Shown here piece by piece: positions 27,770-37,104 of a DNA stretch of 64,000 bases. The stretch's first letter is position 1. Each line of letters opens with the position of its first letter. The notes below the pieces were generated by a model that worked only from the letters and a program-made list of their open reading frames with translations, did not search any database and was not told the origin of the DNA. The DNA is from Escherichia phage St11Ph5. The stretch is taken from the sequence record NC_070873.1, one strand, 5' to 3'. The position numbers and the translations under genes were made by a program.

Positions 27770-28749
27770 TGAAGATAACCAACAACCATGATGTCTCACT
27801 GGCCCTGGCTGTATGGCTATTACATGACGAGTATGATTACGTAGACAATCCTAAGTATTTGTCTGTTACTACATTGCTTAAGCCTATTAAGCAAATCGTC
27901 ATGAAACATCGTGTAGATCTAAGTGACCAGTCAATTGATGTTATGGATTTCGTCTCCACATCAATGGGTACTGGTTTACATGATTCTATCGAGAAAGCCT
28001 GGAAGTTAGGCCATAAGACTGCATTGAAGAAGTTGGGGTATCCTCAACGAGTAATTGATGCAGTAGTTATTAACCCAACCAAAGCAGACTTTGATGCTAA
28101 CCCTGACCTTATCCCAATCTACATTGAACAACGTGGAACCAGGGTAGTTAAGGGTTGGACTATCGGTGGTAAGTTCGACATCGTAACAGAAGGTCTGTTA
28201 CAAGACTTTAAGTCTACCTCAACCTATTCCTGGGTTGCTGGTTCCCGTGATGATGAACATAAGATGCAAGGCAGCTTGTACCGTTGGATTCACAACGACA
28301 TCATCACCGAGGATGTAATTCGTATTAACTACATCTTCACTGACTTCATGAAACACATGGCTAATAGCAATCCGAACTATCCTGCTAATCGTATTATGCA
28401 TAAGGATATTCCGTTGCTATCTGTCGATAAGACTGAACGTTGGGTAGAAGAGAAGATTCACCTCATTGAGAAATACTGGAATGCACCTGAAGAGGAAATT
28501 CCTGAATGTACTGACGAGGAGTTGTGGCGAACAGAGCCACAGTTCAAGTACTTCTCTGATGCTTCTAAGGTAGATGTACCTGGAGCCAGAAGTACCAAAA
28601 ACTTTGATGATATGGCATCTGCTCGTATCTTCATGGCTGAAAAAGGTGGCAAGGGTGCTATCAAGGTCGTGGAGGGGCAGGTTAAGCGTTGTCTATACTG
28701 CCCTGTCGCATCCATTTGCAAACAAAGAGAGAGATATTTTCCATCATGA
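27769..28749 (+). CDS. PD-(D/E)xK nuclease, Cas4/RecB-like with C-terminal Cys cluster (326 aa)
   Basis: GKFDIV ... LLQDFK (D ... DxK), QGSLY (QhxxY-like), C-terminal CLYCPVASIC (C-x2-C-x5-C). Confidence 0.55.
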   Translation: MKITNNHDVSLALAVWLLHDEYDYVDNPKYLSVTTLLKPIKQIVMKHRVDLSDQSIDVMDFVSTSMGTGLHDSIEKAWKLGHKTALKKLGYPQRVIDAVVINPTKADFDANPDLIPIYIEQRGTRVVKGWTIGGKFDIVTEGLLQDFKSTSTYSWVAGSRDDEHKMQGSLYRWIHNDIITEDVIRINYIFTDFMKHMANSNPNYPANRIMHKDIPLLSVDKTERWVEEKIHLIEKYWNAPEEEIPECTDEELWRTEPQFKYFSDASKVDVPGARSTKNFDDMASARIFMAEKGGKGAIKVVEGQVKRCLYCPVASICKQRERYFPS

Positions 28750-30899
28750 GTATTGACCTTACCGGAGTAGTGCATCATCCGGCGATTGAAGAAATCGTAG
28801 ATGTGCTCTGCAATAAAACCCAGAATAATGACCGGGGATTCTTCCGTGTCGAAGTAGCCTACTTCTTGGCTAAAATGGCATCCTGCATGGGTGCAACCAT
28901 TGTAACTAAAGACCGTGGTGACCTGCCGGTAAACATCTACGCTATTGCGTTGGCTACATCTGGTTTCGGTAAAGGTCACTCAATAAATATCATTGAAGAC
29001 GGGTTCATGACTGGCTTCCGTAAACGCTTTATGGAAGACACCATGCCCGTCATTGCAAATGACCGTTTATGGAAGATTGCTAACGAACGTTCTGCACGGC
29101 AGGGTACTGACCAGCAGGAAGAGTTTGATAAAGTTGAGGCAGAGTATAAACGTGCAGGAGCATATCCGTTTACGTTTGACTCTGGTACTCCACCGGCAGT
29201 TAAACAACTACGTCATAAACTGTTAATGGCTGGGTGTGGTTCAATCAACCTTCAGATTGATGAAATTGGTTCAAACCTGCTGGCTAATACGGACGTGTTA
29301 ACACTATTCCTGGAGCTATATGACCAGGGTAAGGTTAAGCAGAAGCTAACCAAGAACACTGCTGAAAGCGTTCGTGGTGAAGAACTGGATGGTAAGACCC
29401 CAGCTAACCTGTTGCTATTTGGTACACCAAGTAAGCTACTGAATGGTGGTCAGACCGAAGACCAGTTCTATGATTTCCTTGATACAGGGTATGCACGTCG
29501 TTGTCTGTTTGCCATTGGGCATTTAGACAAACGAGCACATGCAACAATGTCTCCAGAAGAAATCTACCGTAACCTGATTAAGCAGGATAACGTACAGTCT
29601 CTAGGTAAGTGGGCCAATCACTTCCATAGTCTGGCTGACCCAAACTTGTTCGGCTTTAAGATGGTCGTGGAAGATGCAGTGGGTATTGCACTGATTACTT
29701 ACAAAATTGATTGTGAGAAACAAGCAGAAGCTATGGCTGACCACGAAGAAATTCGTAAAGCTGAAATTTCCCACCGTTACTTCAAAGCACTTAAACTGGC
29801 TGGTGCATTGGCGTTTGTTGACCAGAGTTCATTCATTGAGATGTCCCACCTTAAACAAGCAATTCTGCTTGTAGAAGAATCCGGGGCAGCATTCCAGGGT
29901 ATTCTCAATCGTGAGAAAGCCTATGTGAAGCTGGCTAAGTATATTGCCTCTGTAGGTAAAGAGGTAACTCATGCTGACTTGCTGGAGTCGTTACCATTCT
30001 ATAAGAGTGGCAATGCAGCTCGTAATGAAATGATGACCCTTGCTACAGCATGGGGCTACAAACAGCACATCATCATTAAGAAAACCTTCAATGAAGGCAT
30101 TGAGTTCTTCCGTGGTGAAACTCTGAAAGAAACTGACATCAATGAGATGATAGTGGCTTATAGTGATAGCTTTGCTTATGACTACATTGGTGAACGTGTA
30201 CCGTTCGACCAGTTGCATGTATTAACCCAAGCTCCCGGTATGCACTGGGTAAACCATCACATGAAGAATGGACATCGTTCTGAAGAGAACGTTATTCCAG
30301 GATTTAACATGATTGTTATTGACTGTGATGGTGGAGTACCACTGCATACGTGCCATGAACTGATGAAGGAATATAAGTTCATGACCTATACCACTAAGCG
30401 GCATTCTGATGAAGAGAACCGATTCCGACTGATTATTCCAATGAACTATGAGTTACACCTCGACACCGAGGAATACAAAGAGTTCATGAATAACGTCATG
30501 TCTTGGCTACCGTTTGAAACGGATGAATCTGCTAACCAACGAGCCAAGAAGTGGATGTCCTGCGAGACTGGTTCCTATCATTACAATCTTGAAGCAAATC
30601 TGTTGGATGTGCGTGATTTTATTCCTCGTACTAGTAAGAACGAGCAGTTCCAGATCCAGATGAAGGAAGTACAGTCGTTGGATAATCTGGAGCGTTGGTT
30701 CGCTAGTCGTATTGCTACCGGTAACCGTAATAATCAAATGATTAAGTACGCACTGGCATTGGTTGACAGTGGTTGGGATTTTGCCCAAGTACAGCAAGCC
30801 GTCCACTCATTCAATAAGAAACTGGCTAATCCATTGCCAGATGATGAGTTGAATGCAACCGTAATGGTCACCGTGGCTAAACGCTTCGCTGGCAAGTAA
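28746..30899 (+). CDS. DNA primase, archaeo-eukaryotic-primase type with PriCT-like C-terminus (717 aa)
   Basis: MIVIDCDGG (hhhDhD AEP motif I), RFRLIIP, C-terminal GNRNNQMIKYALAL; start moved to ATG 28746. Confidence 0.6.
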   Translation: MSIDLTGVVHHPAIEEIVDVLCNKTQNNDRGFFRVEVAYFLAKMASCMGATIVTKDRGDLPVNIYAIALATSGFGKGHSINIIEDGFMTGFRKRFMEDTMPVIANDRLWKIANERSARQGTDQQEEFDKVEAEYKRAGAYPFTFDSGTPPAVKQLRHKLLMAGCGSINLQIDEIGSNLLANTDVLTLFLELYDQGKVKQKLTKNTAESVRGEELDGKTPANLLLFGTPSKLLNGGQTEDQFYDFLDTGYARRCLFAIGHLDKRAHATMSPEEIYRNLIKQDNVQSLGKWANHFHSLADPNLFGFKMVVEDAVGIALITYKIDCEKQAEAMADHEEIRKAEISHRYFKALKLAGALAFVDQSSFIEMSHLKQAILLVEESGAAFQGILNREKAYVKLAKYIASVGKEVTHADLLESLPFYKSGNAARNEMMTLATAWGYKQHIIIKKTFNEGIEFFRGETLKETDINEMIVAYSDSFAYDYIGERVPFDQLHVLTQAPGMHWVNHHMKNGHRSEENVIPGFNMIVIDCDGGVPLHTCHELMKEYKFMTYTTKRHSDEENRFRLIIPMNYELHLDTEEYKEFMNNVMSWLPFETDESANQRAKKWMSCETGSYHYNLEANLLDVRDFIPRTSKNEQFQIQMKEVQSLDNLERWFASRIATGNRNNQMIKYALALVDSGWDFAQVQQAVHSFNKKLANPLPDDELNATVMVTVAKRFAGK

Positions 30900-30955
30900 G
30901 CAAACAGGAGTCTTTCTTTGGTTTGAAGGACTCCTAAATTAAATGAGGAAAAATA

Positions 30956-31708
30956 ATGTCCGAAGTAATTCCCAATGATATGAACACTCAGCTAATCCTG
31001 ATTGCAGGATTCTCAGCGAGTGGTAAATCAGCATCACTGCGTAACATCCGGAACCAGGAACGCTGGCTCTATCTGAATACTGAAGCAGGTAAACGTCTGC
31101 CTTTTCGTAACAAGTTCAATACCTATAACATTGAAGACCCTTACCAAATCTGGGAAGCATTTGATGTTGCATCTCCTGGTGGAGAAATGGCAGATGATGT
31201 TGATGGTATCATCATTGACTCAGCAACCTTTATGATGGATATGCTGGAATCCCAGTACGTATTGCCTTCTGCAAATACGCAAAAGGCATGGGGTGACTTT
31301 GCACAGTTCTTTAAGATACTGCTGCAACAAAAAGTCGTTAAGTTTGGTAAGCCAGTAATCATTACTGCCCATGCTAAAGACGAACTTGATGAAGCTGCTG
31401 GTGTAATGAAAACATTCATCCCAGTGAAAGGTTCTCTGAAGAATAACGGGCTTGAAGCCTACTTCTCTACAGTGGTTTACGCAGAACGTGTAGACATTAA
31501 AGAACTGGAGAAGTACGGAAACAAGATGCTTGAAATTACGGAAGAAGAACGTGACTTAGGGTATAAGCACGTATTCCAGACCCGTCCAACTAAGAAGTCG
31601 GTCGGTAAACGACTTCGTTCTCCAATGGGTATGTTCGATAAGTCCGAGACTTACATTGATAACGATGCCCAAAAACTCTTAGACCATCTGGCTGAATACT
31701 ACGCTTAA
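30956..31708 (+). CDS. P-loop ATPase, RecA-fold (AAA_24/Sak4-like) (250 aa)
   Basis: Walker A GFSASGKS, Walker B IIIDSATF. Confidence 0.5.
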   Translation: MSEVIPNDMNTQLILIAGFSASGKSASLRNIRNQERWLYLNTEAGKRLPFRNKFNTYNIEDPYQIWEAFDVASPGGEMADDVDGIIIDSATFMMDMLESQYVLPSANTQKAWGDFAQFFKILLQQKVVKFGKPVIITAHAKDELDEAAGVMKTFIPVKGSLKNNGLEAYFSTVVYAERVDIKELEKYGNKMLEITEEERDLGYKHVFQTRPTKKSVGKRLRSPMGMFDKSETYIDNDAQKLLDHLAEYYA

Positions 31709-31747
31709 GCGTTTGCCTGGTTGTTAATCACTTATTAGGAAAATCAT

Positions 31748-32551
31748 ATGTCATTGTTCAGTAATCTGAAAGAAAAAACCAAAAACGTTGAAGCTGTTAA
31801 AGACTCCCTTGGTGGTGGTGGCTTCGGTGCAAAAGAAACCGATATCTACACTGGTACTGTAAAAGTAGCTTACGTAGGCAAAGCTGACTCTGGTGCAGAT
31901 TGGATGCAGTTAATCATTGAAGACCTGAAGAACTCTGATGGCGTACCTGCTGGTGAGTTCCGTGCTCAGGTGTACTTCACTTCTGGTAATGCTAAAGGCA
32001 ACAAGCCGACTTACGAGAAGAACGGTAAAGAGTACTTCTTGCCTGGCTACACTGTCATTAACGACATGATGCTGATGGCTACCGGTACTGAACTGCCTGA
32101 AGCTGACTTCGAAGAGAAGATTGTTAAAGTCTATGACTTCGATGCTAAAGCAGAAGTTAATAAATCCGTCATGGTTCCGGTTGACCTGGTAGGTCAGACT
32201 GTTACCTTCGCTCTGGAAAAGGTTCTGGAATCCAAGCAGGTTAAAGGTGACAACGGTTACGTTGACTCCGGTGAAACTCGTGAAGTAAACGAGATTCAGA
32301 AAGTGTTTCATCCGGAACTGTTGGTCACAGTCGTCGAAGGTCAGGAAGCAGAGAAGGCTGAGAAAGAACTGACCCCAGAACTGGCTGTATTCTATGCAGC
32401 ATGGCTGGAAAAGAACAAAGGCAAGACTCGTGACAAGACTAAGAGTTCTGCTGGTGGTAATGGTAAAGGTGGCTTACCTCCTAAACCAGGTGCAGGTGCT
32501 GGCACAGGTACTGCTCCTGCTGGTGGTAAATCACTGTTCGGTAAACGTTAA
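31748..32551 (+). CDS. single-stranded DNA-binding protein candidate (N4 SSB-like size/position; 267 aa)
   Basis: Position in replication module, about 265 aa, Gly/Pro/Ala-rich flexible C-terminal tail; no canonical OB motif recognised by eye. Confidence 0.4.
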   Translation: MSLFSNLKEKTKNVEAVKDSLGGGGFGAKETDIYTGTVKVAYVGKADSGADWMQLIIEDLKNSDGVPAGEFRAQVYFTSGNAKGNKPTYEKNGKEYFLPGYTVINDMMLMATGTELPEADFEEKIVKVYDFDAKAEVNKSVMVPVDLVGQTVTFALEKVLESKQVKGDNGYVDSGETREVNEIQKVFHPELLVTVVEGQEAEKAEKELTPELAVFYAAWLEKNKGKTRDKTKSSAGGNGKGGLPPKPGAGAGTGTAPAGGKSLFGKR

Positions 32552-33105
32552 TGAAAATCCCAATTGTCGGTGCAGACATTAGTCTCCGCAATTGGGGTTT
32601 AGCTCGTGGGATGCTGGACATTGAGTCCGGTGTCTTCGAGCAGGTCGAACTTAAACTGGTTCAAACTGAAGTTGACCACAACAAACAAGTTCGAACCAAC
32701 TCCAAAGATATACAAGCCGCTCACGATTTGTTTCTTGGTTGTGAGGAATGGTTACGGTCTGCTAAAGCAGTATTCGTAGAAGTACCAGTAGGCTCTCAGT
32801 CTGCTAACGGTATGAAATCCTATGGAGTATGCGTAGGATTAATCGGTGCATTCCGTGCATTGGGTTGTCCAATCTTTGAAGTATCCCCAATTGAAAACAA
32901 ACTTGCACTGGTCGGTGATAAAACTGCATCCAAAGACACGATGATTCGTGCTGCTCATGCCATTTATCCTGAAGCCAACTGGCTCACTGATAAGAAAGGT
33001 AAACTTCTAAATAAGAATGAGCACTTAGCAGATGCAATCGGTGCAATCCATGCTGGTGTAAATCTCCCAGCTTTCCAGAACCTCATTAAGTTATTAAAGG
33101 CGTAA
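32551..33105 (+). CDS. RuvC-like Holliday junction resolvase (184 aa)
   Basis: N-terminal MKIPIVGADIS and C-terminal LADAIGAIHAG resemble RuvC-fold catalytic segments. Confidence 0.55.
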   Translation: MKIPIVGADISLRNWGLARGMLDIESGVFEQVELKLVQTEVDHNKQVRTNSKDIQAAHDLFLGCEEWLRSAKAVFVEVPVGSQSANGMKSYGVCVGLIGAFRALGCPIFEVSPIENKLALVGDKTASKDTMIRAAHAIYPEANWLTDKKGKLLNKNEHLADAIGAIHAGVNLPAFQNLIKLLKA

Positions 33106-33106
33106 T

Positions 33107-33550
33107 ATGCAAATCATTTTGAACCAGTCCGAAGTAGAAGCTGCTGTACAGGCTTATGTCGATGATCAAATCAATCTTGCTGGTGACATCAATATTGTCA
33201 TCAATGCAGATGGTACTGCCTCCGTTGGTATTAATGAAGAGGTAAGTCATGATGATGACACCCCACCCGTGGTAGAGAAGAAGACTCGTCGTTCTCGTAA
33301 GAACCCACAAGAAGCTAAACATCGTCCGGTAGAACCAGAACCGGAAGAAGTAGCTGAAGAGGTAAAGGTAGAAGAAACCCAGACCTCTACTGGTGGTCAG
33401 AACGAGAGTTCTACGCCGGAACCTGAAGAAGAAGCAGTAACTGAACCAGAAGCACAAGAAGAAGTTGTGCAGGAAGAAGTTAAGGCTGAAGAACCAGCAG
33501 AAAAACCTGCTACTAAGCCTTCACTGTTCGCTGGCCTTAAACGTAGTTAA
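33107..33550 (+). CDS. highly acidic Glu/Pro-rich protein (147 aa)
   Basis: Low-complexity PEPEEE/EEV repeats in the C-terminal two thirds. Confidence 0.5.
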   Translation: MQIILNQSEVEAAVQAYVDDQINLAGDINIVINADGTASVGINEEVSHDDDTPPVVEKKTRRSRKNPQEAKHRPVEPEPEEVAEEVKVEETQTSTGGQNESSTPEPEEEAVTEPEAQEEVVQEEVKAEEPAEKPATKPSLFAGLKRS

Positions 33551-33781
33551 TCTGGTAGGTGGCTCAGAAGCTGCTGCTAGGTGTGGTAGTGTTTATAGTC
33601 CTGATGCTACTACTGGTCAGGATTATAGACGTGTCGGCTCCATACATAGCTTTTATCATCACTGTCATTATCCTGTGGAAATGCAGTGGTAAACACGGTG
33701 GTGACAAGCCGCCAGAGTAACAACAACCGAACCAGTGTGCAGGAATACTCTCCCCTGTGCATTGGTTCAACTGAGGCCAAT

Positions 33782-33952
33782 ATGAACAAATTTACTATTC
33801 ACTGGTTTAATGGAAAGGTTAGTTCTTTCATGGGTGGAGAACCTGCTGAAGGAAAGAAAGCATTTCACATTGAATCAGAAGGCTGCAAAATCTTAGTACC
33901 GTATGTTTGGTATAAAGATGGTGAAGTAGAAGCATTAAAAAAGAGTAGTTAA
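33782..33952 (+). CDS. small hypothetical protein (56 aa; start moved to internal ATG)
   Basis: GAGG upstream of ATG 33782; the N-terminal part of the listed ORF lies in a likely non-coding stretch. Confidence 0.3.
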   Translation: MNKFTIHWFNGKVSSFMGGEPAEGKKAFHIESEGCKILVPYVWYKDGEVEALKKSS

Positions 33953-34352
33953 TATCGTGAAGGGTTCTGTTAGAATCCTTTGAGATAGGAACTCCTATCA
34001 TAACCTTTCTTAACTTAATCTTTGCCGTATGGCACTGACGCTAGGGTTTATGCCCATCCGTCAGGTAGACTATTTTAAGAATGGGTTATCACAGCAAATG
34101 TAAAGCAACATTCGGGTTAATCAATGGCCTCTCCCTATAGGGGCCATTTCTGAATCTTAGGCTATATCCCAAAGGTTAGCATCTTTGGGATAAGGCTTCA
34201 GATCCCTTATCAACTAACGCTCATGCTGAGCACAACATTAACCAATAATGTCGGATAGTTCATTACGCTATTCATCCAGCATCGAGATGTTAGGTCTTAC
34301 ATGTAACATAGGGTATAAAGGGAGGACTCGTCCCCTCCCTCCTATTATAATG

Positions 34353-34422
34353 GTCGGGGTAGCACGTAGGCATGTGCAGAAGGTCGCTACTTCTCTCGCT
34401 GGTTCGAATCCAGCCCCTGACC
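34353..34422 (+). tRNA. candidate tRNA (70 nt; anticodon loop reads gt-CGC-ta), no encoded CCA
   Basis: Hand fold: acceptor 34353-59/34415-21 (7 bp, one G-U), D-stem GCAC/GTGC, anticodon stem AGAAG/CTTCT, T-stem GCTGG/CCAGC with TTCGAAT loop; short variable region is atypical. Confidence 0.4.
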
Positions 34423-34878
34423 TACTGACATCCTATCAATGAGTACATTAGGCTAACGTGCGGAGGTTTACACTGTAGCCGGTGTAGGTGGAGAAGACGG
34501 CAGGGTAGCTACCTGTGCTTAGTGTACTCTTTGATAGTTTTCGTAAGCGATTATGCGGTTTTTTAGAAATGAACCAATAACATAAATGCAAACGATGATG
34601 TTGTTCTGATGGCGGCGTAATAGCCTGTAAGTCAGCAAGGTCTTCCTATTCCTTGTAAATAAATTCGGCGCAGTGGCCCGCTGTAATTAATAATGGGCAC
34701 ACAACAGGTAAGAGCATTGGGTAATGTCAGCCTTGGTTCGAAGTCGAAAGACATGCGGTAATACCCAGCCAAAGTTCCAGTGCTCTTTCCGTTGTGGAAA
34801 TGCAAGCACAACAAGTCCAGACGATATCTGAGTGACTATAAAAACAGATGGAGCCAGGTGGAATCCCTGGCAATCAAT

Positions 34879-35270
34879 TCCGGTGTAGGTACTAGTGTCG
34901 TGCACGGCATGAGTGTTCTGGTTCGAGTCCAGACGCCGGAACCAATTACCAGTTGCACGAGATGGCTTGACATGTTCAAGTTTGGACTAAGTGTGACACC
35001 GCTAGATTGGAGGGCTGCTGCGGTAAGCTATAGACTCCAACCGGGGGTTCGAATCCCTCACTGGTAACCAATTCAAAGTAGCATTGCACTAATCCATCCC
35101 GGAGTTCAAAGACCAAACATGGAGCAGTGCTACTTTGAATTAGAAGAATTAAGGTGGGTCTGGTGAAGTAGATAGGGTTCGATTCCCTCCGGTAGAGTAA
35201 TCTACTAGCGTGCTTGGTGCATGAATAAGACTTAATACTGGTGGTTCGATTCCATCCCCCACTACCTATT
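34879..35270 (+). ncRNA. cluster of tRNA-like elements (GGTTCGAnTCC T-arms with acceptor-like 3' ends, two ending A-CCA at 34944 and 35070)
   Basis: Four T-arm motifs at 34917-33, 35043-59, 35173-89, 35240-56; acceptor partners sit 63-124 nt upstream, so canonical cloverleaves could not be completed by hand. Confidence 0.3.
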
Positions 35271-35794
35271 TGAGGTGTAACAGTTAAATCCAGTTGCCGG
35301 AAGTGCTATTCTAGATACGCTGCCAATGTGTGAACGGTAAGGCTGTACAGGACTCGGACTCCCACCTCAAACCAAAGTCGCCAGGTACTTATGGCAAACG
35401 GGTAGTAACGAACTAGTCATTCGTCAAACGCCCAACCTATTATGAGTCAGCAAGAACGCCTTCACTTAAACTTAAACAATATGAAAAGTTTCCGTAGATA
35501 CTATATAGGGGTATGTAGGGGCTACGAAGAAGGAGCCAGTTAAAGTCTGGCATGGCTCGCCTATTAATAGAGAACATAGTCCTGATTGCATTGCACTCTA
35601 AAGACAATGCCGGTGAGACAGTCCGGCACTCTAGTTATTGTAAACATACCCACTGACGAGTGGGTATGAGTATGAGCAGACTATAATGCTCAAATACAGT
35701 TATCTATTATCGGACTATCAATCCTGTTTGCTGGTACAAGCACCGGTGGTAATAGTTAACTGGCCTAACCTCGTTAGCTGCGTTAAAGCTACTA

Positions 35795-35820
35795 AGTCCC
35801 TCTTCGGAGGGACTTTTTTA
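35795..35820 (+). terminator. intrinsic terminator (AGTCCCTC-TTCG-GAGGGACT then TTTTTTA)
   Basis: 8-bp stem, TTCG loop, T-run. Confidence 0.75.
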
Positions 35821-35841
35821 TTTGAAAGTAGGAGAAATACT

Positions 35842-36117
35842 ATGGCTAAATATCGTAAAAAACCTGTTGAGATTGAAGCTTTTCAATGGGACGGTAGTCT
35901 TAATCTGAACAAAGAACCAACTTGGATAGTAGATGCTCTTCATAATGGGGTAGTCTGGTTCTCTGGGAAGGATAATAAATTATGTATCAGAACTCTGGAG
36001 GGTATCTTAACTGCTTCCCCCAATGACTATATTATCCAAGGTATACATGGGGAGCTATATCCGTGTAAACCAGATATATTCCTGGAAACCTATATCAAAT
36101 CAACAACCGTAAGCTGA
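35842..36117 (+). CDS. hypothetical protein (91 aa)
   Basis: ATG after GTAGGAG. Confidence 0.5.
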   Translation: MAKYRKKPVEIEAFQWDGSLNLNKEPTWIVDALHNGVVWFSGKDNKLCIRTLEGILTASPNDYIIQGIHGELYPCKPDIFLETYIKSTTVS

Positions 36118-36263
36118 AACTATGATTGACCTAATTTCTACTCCGTATGCCTATGAGGTAACGGATAACCGAGGACATAAGTACTTGGTATTTGCAGGTA
36201 GCGTAGCCTATAACAACGCAGTCATGTTTAAGTACAAACTCAAACCACTCTATGAGGCTAATA

Positions 36264-36644
36264 ATGGCAACAGTAAGTAAAGAAGCAATCGAAGCTAAGA
36301 TTAAGAGCGTTTACTATTTTAATGGTGCTGACGCAGTGAAATCTGCATTCGTTGACCCATTTGCACTTCCAGTAGACGATTTGGCTAACCTGGGTCTGAC
36401 AACCCATTGTGTAATCATTCTGGAAAATGGATTCAAAGTTGAAGGCAAATCCGCCTGTGTAGACCCGGCTATCTATGATGAGCAAAAAGGTCGTCAGTAT
36501 GCATATGAAAATGCATTCAATAAGATTTGGGAATTAGAGGGTTACCTGCTACGCCAGGCACTGCATGAGAAAGAAGAGACTGCTAAAGCTCTGGCTTCCT
36601 TTGCAGAAAACAACACTTGTGATGGTGGTGGTTGTACAATCTGA
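36264..36644 (+). CDS. hypothetical protein (126 aa)
   Basis: ATG at 36264 after GAGG. Confidence 0.5.
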   Translation: MATVSKEAIEAKIKSVYYFNGADAVKSAFVDPFALPVDDLANLGLTTHCVIILENGFKVEGKSACVDPAIYDEQKGRQYAYENAFNKIWELEGYLLRQALHEKEETAKALASFAENNTCDGGGCTI

Positions 36645-36726
36645 TTCAAAGGTGTAAGGTAGTTTTTACCGAAAGGTACTGAACTACCCGACAAAGTAGT
36701 AAGGCTCATGAAGCCAAAACAAAACA

Positions 36727-36754
36727 AGCCCTCCTAGTGAGGGCTTTCTCATTT
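36727..36754 (+). terminator. stem-loop, probable terminator
   Basis: AGCCCTC-CTAGT-GAGGGCT followed by TTCTCATTT. Confidence 0.5.
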
Positions 36755-36777
36755 AATGGAAAGACTCTAGGAGCACT

Positions 36778-37071
36778 ATGGAACTCTTTAAGAAGGGTCA
36801 GCTTATACCAAAGCGTATTGGTGGATTACATGTCCATCGTAAAGCCCGACACCGTTTAACCTTTGGTTGTGATGTACAAATTGATGGTAATAGCTGGATT
36901 GCTGTACCGGATACAGGAATTGCAATGGTTCTCTGTAAGAAGTTAGGTATTCGCAGAAACAACGGTACTTACCAAAACGTAGATGCAGATTTTGTAGATA
37001 TTTACTTTGAAGCTAACAAGATTGATTATGTAATCAAGACTGGCAAAAAGATTCTTGTAGTTAAGAAATAA
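36778..37071 (+). CDS. hypothetical protein (97 aa)
   Basis: ATG after AGGAG. Confidence 0.5.
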   Translation: MELFKKGQLIPKRIGGLHVHRKARHRLTFGCDVQIDGNSWIAVPDTGIAMVLCKKLGIRRNNGTYQNVDADFVDIYFEANKIDYVIKTGKKILVVKK

Positions 37072-37077
37072 AATAGA

Positions 37078-37102
37078 AGCCCCTCATTAGAGGGGCTTTT
37101 TC
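37078..37102. terminator. bidirectional terminator between convergent plus-strand genes and the minus-strand vRNAP gene
   Basis: AGCCCCTC-ATTA-GAGGGGCT flanked by T-runs on both strands. Confidence 0.7.
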
Positions 37103-37104
37103 AT

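Noticed and set aside
149-33770. Minus-strand ORFs scattered through the plus-strand early/replication block (e.g. 149..394, 2368..2595, 12275..12640, 19996..20502, 22557..22856, 28458..28979, 33086..33457)
   Set aside because: Each overlaps a better-supported plus-strand gene with recognisable motifs or operon coupling; the whole block is transcribed rightward.
34248-35067. Short ORFs listed inside the non-coding island (34248..34442, 34632..34814, 34687..34905, 34780..35067)
   Set aside because: They coincide with the tRNA and tRNA-like sequences and long hairpins, lack RBS, and have implausible composition; the region is better explained as structured RNA.
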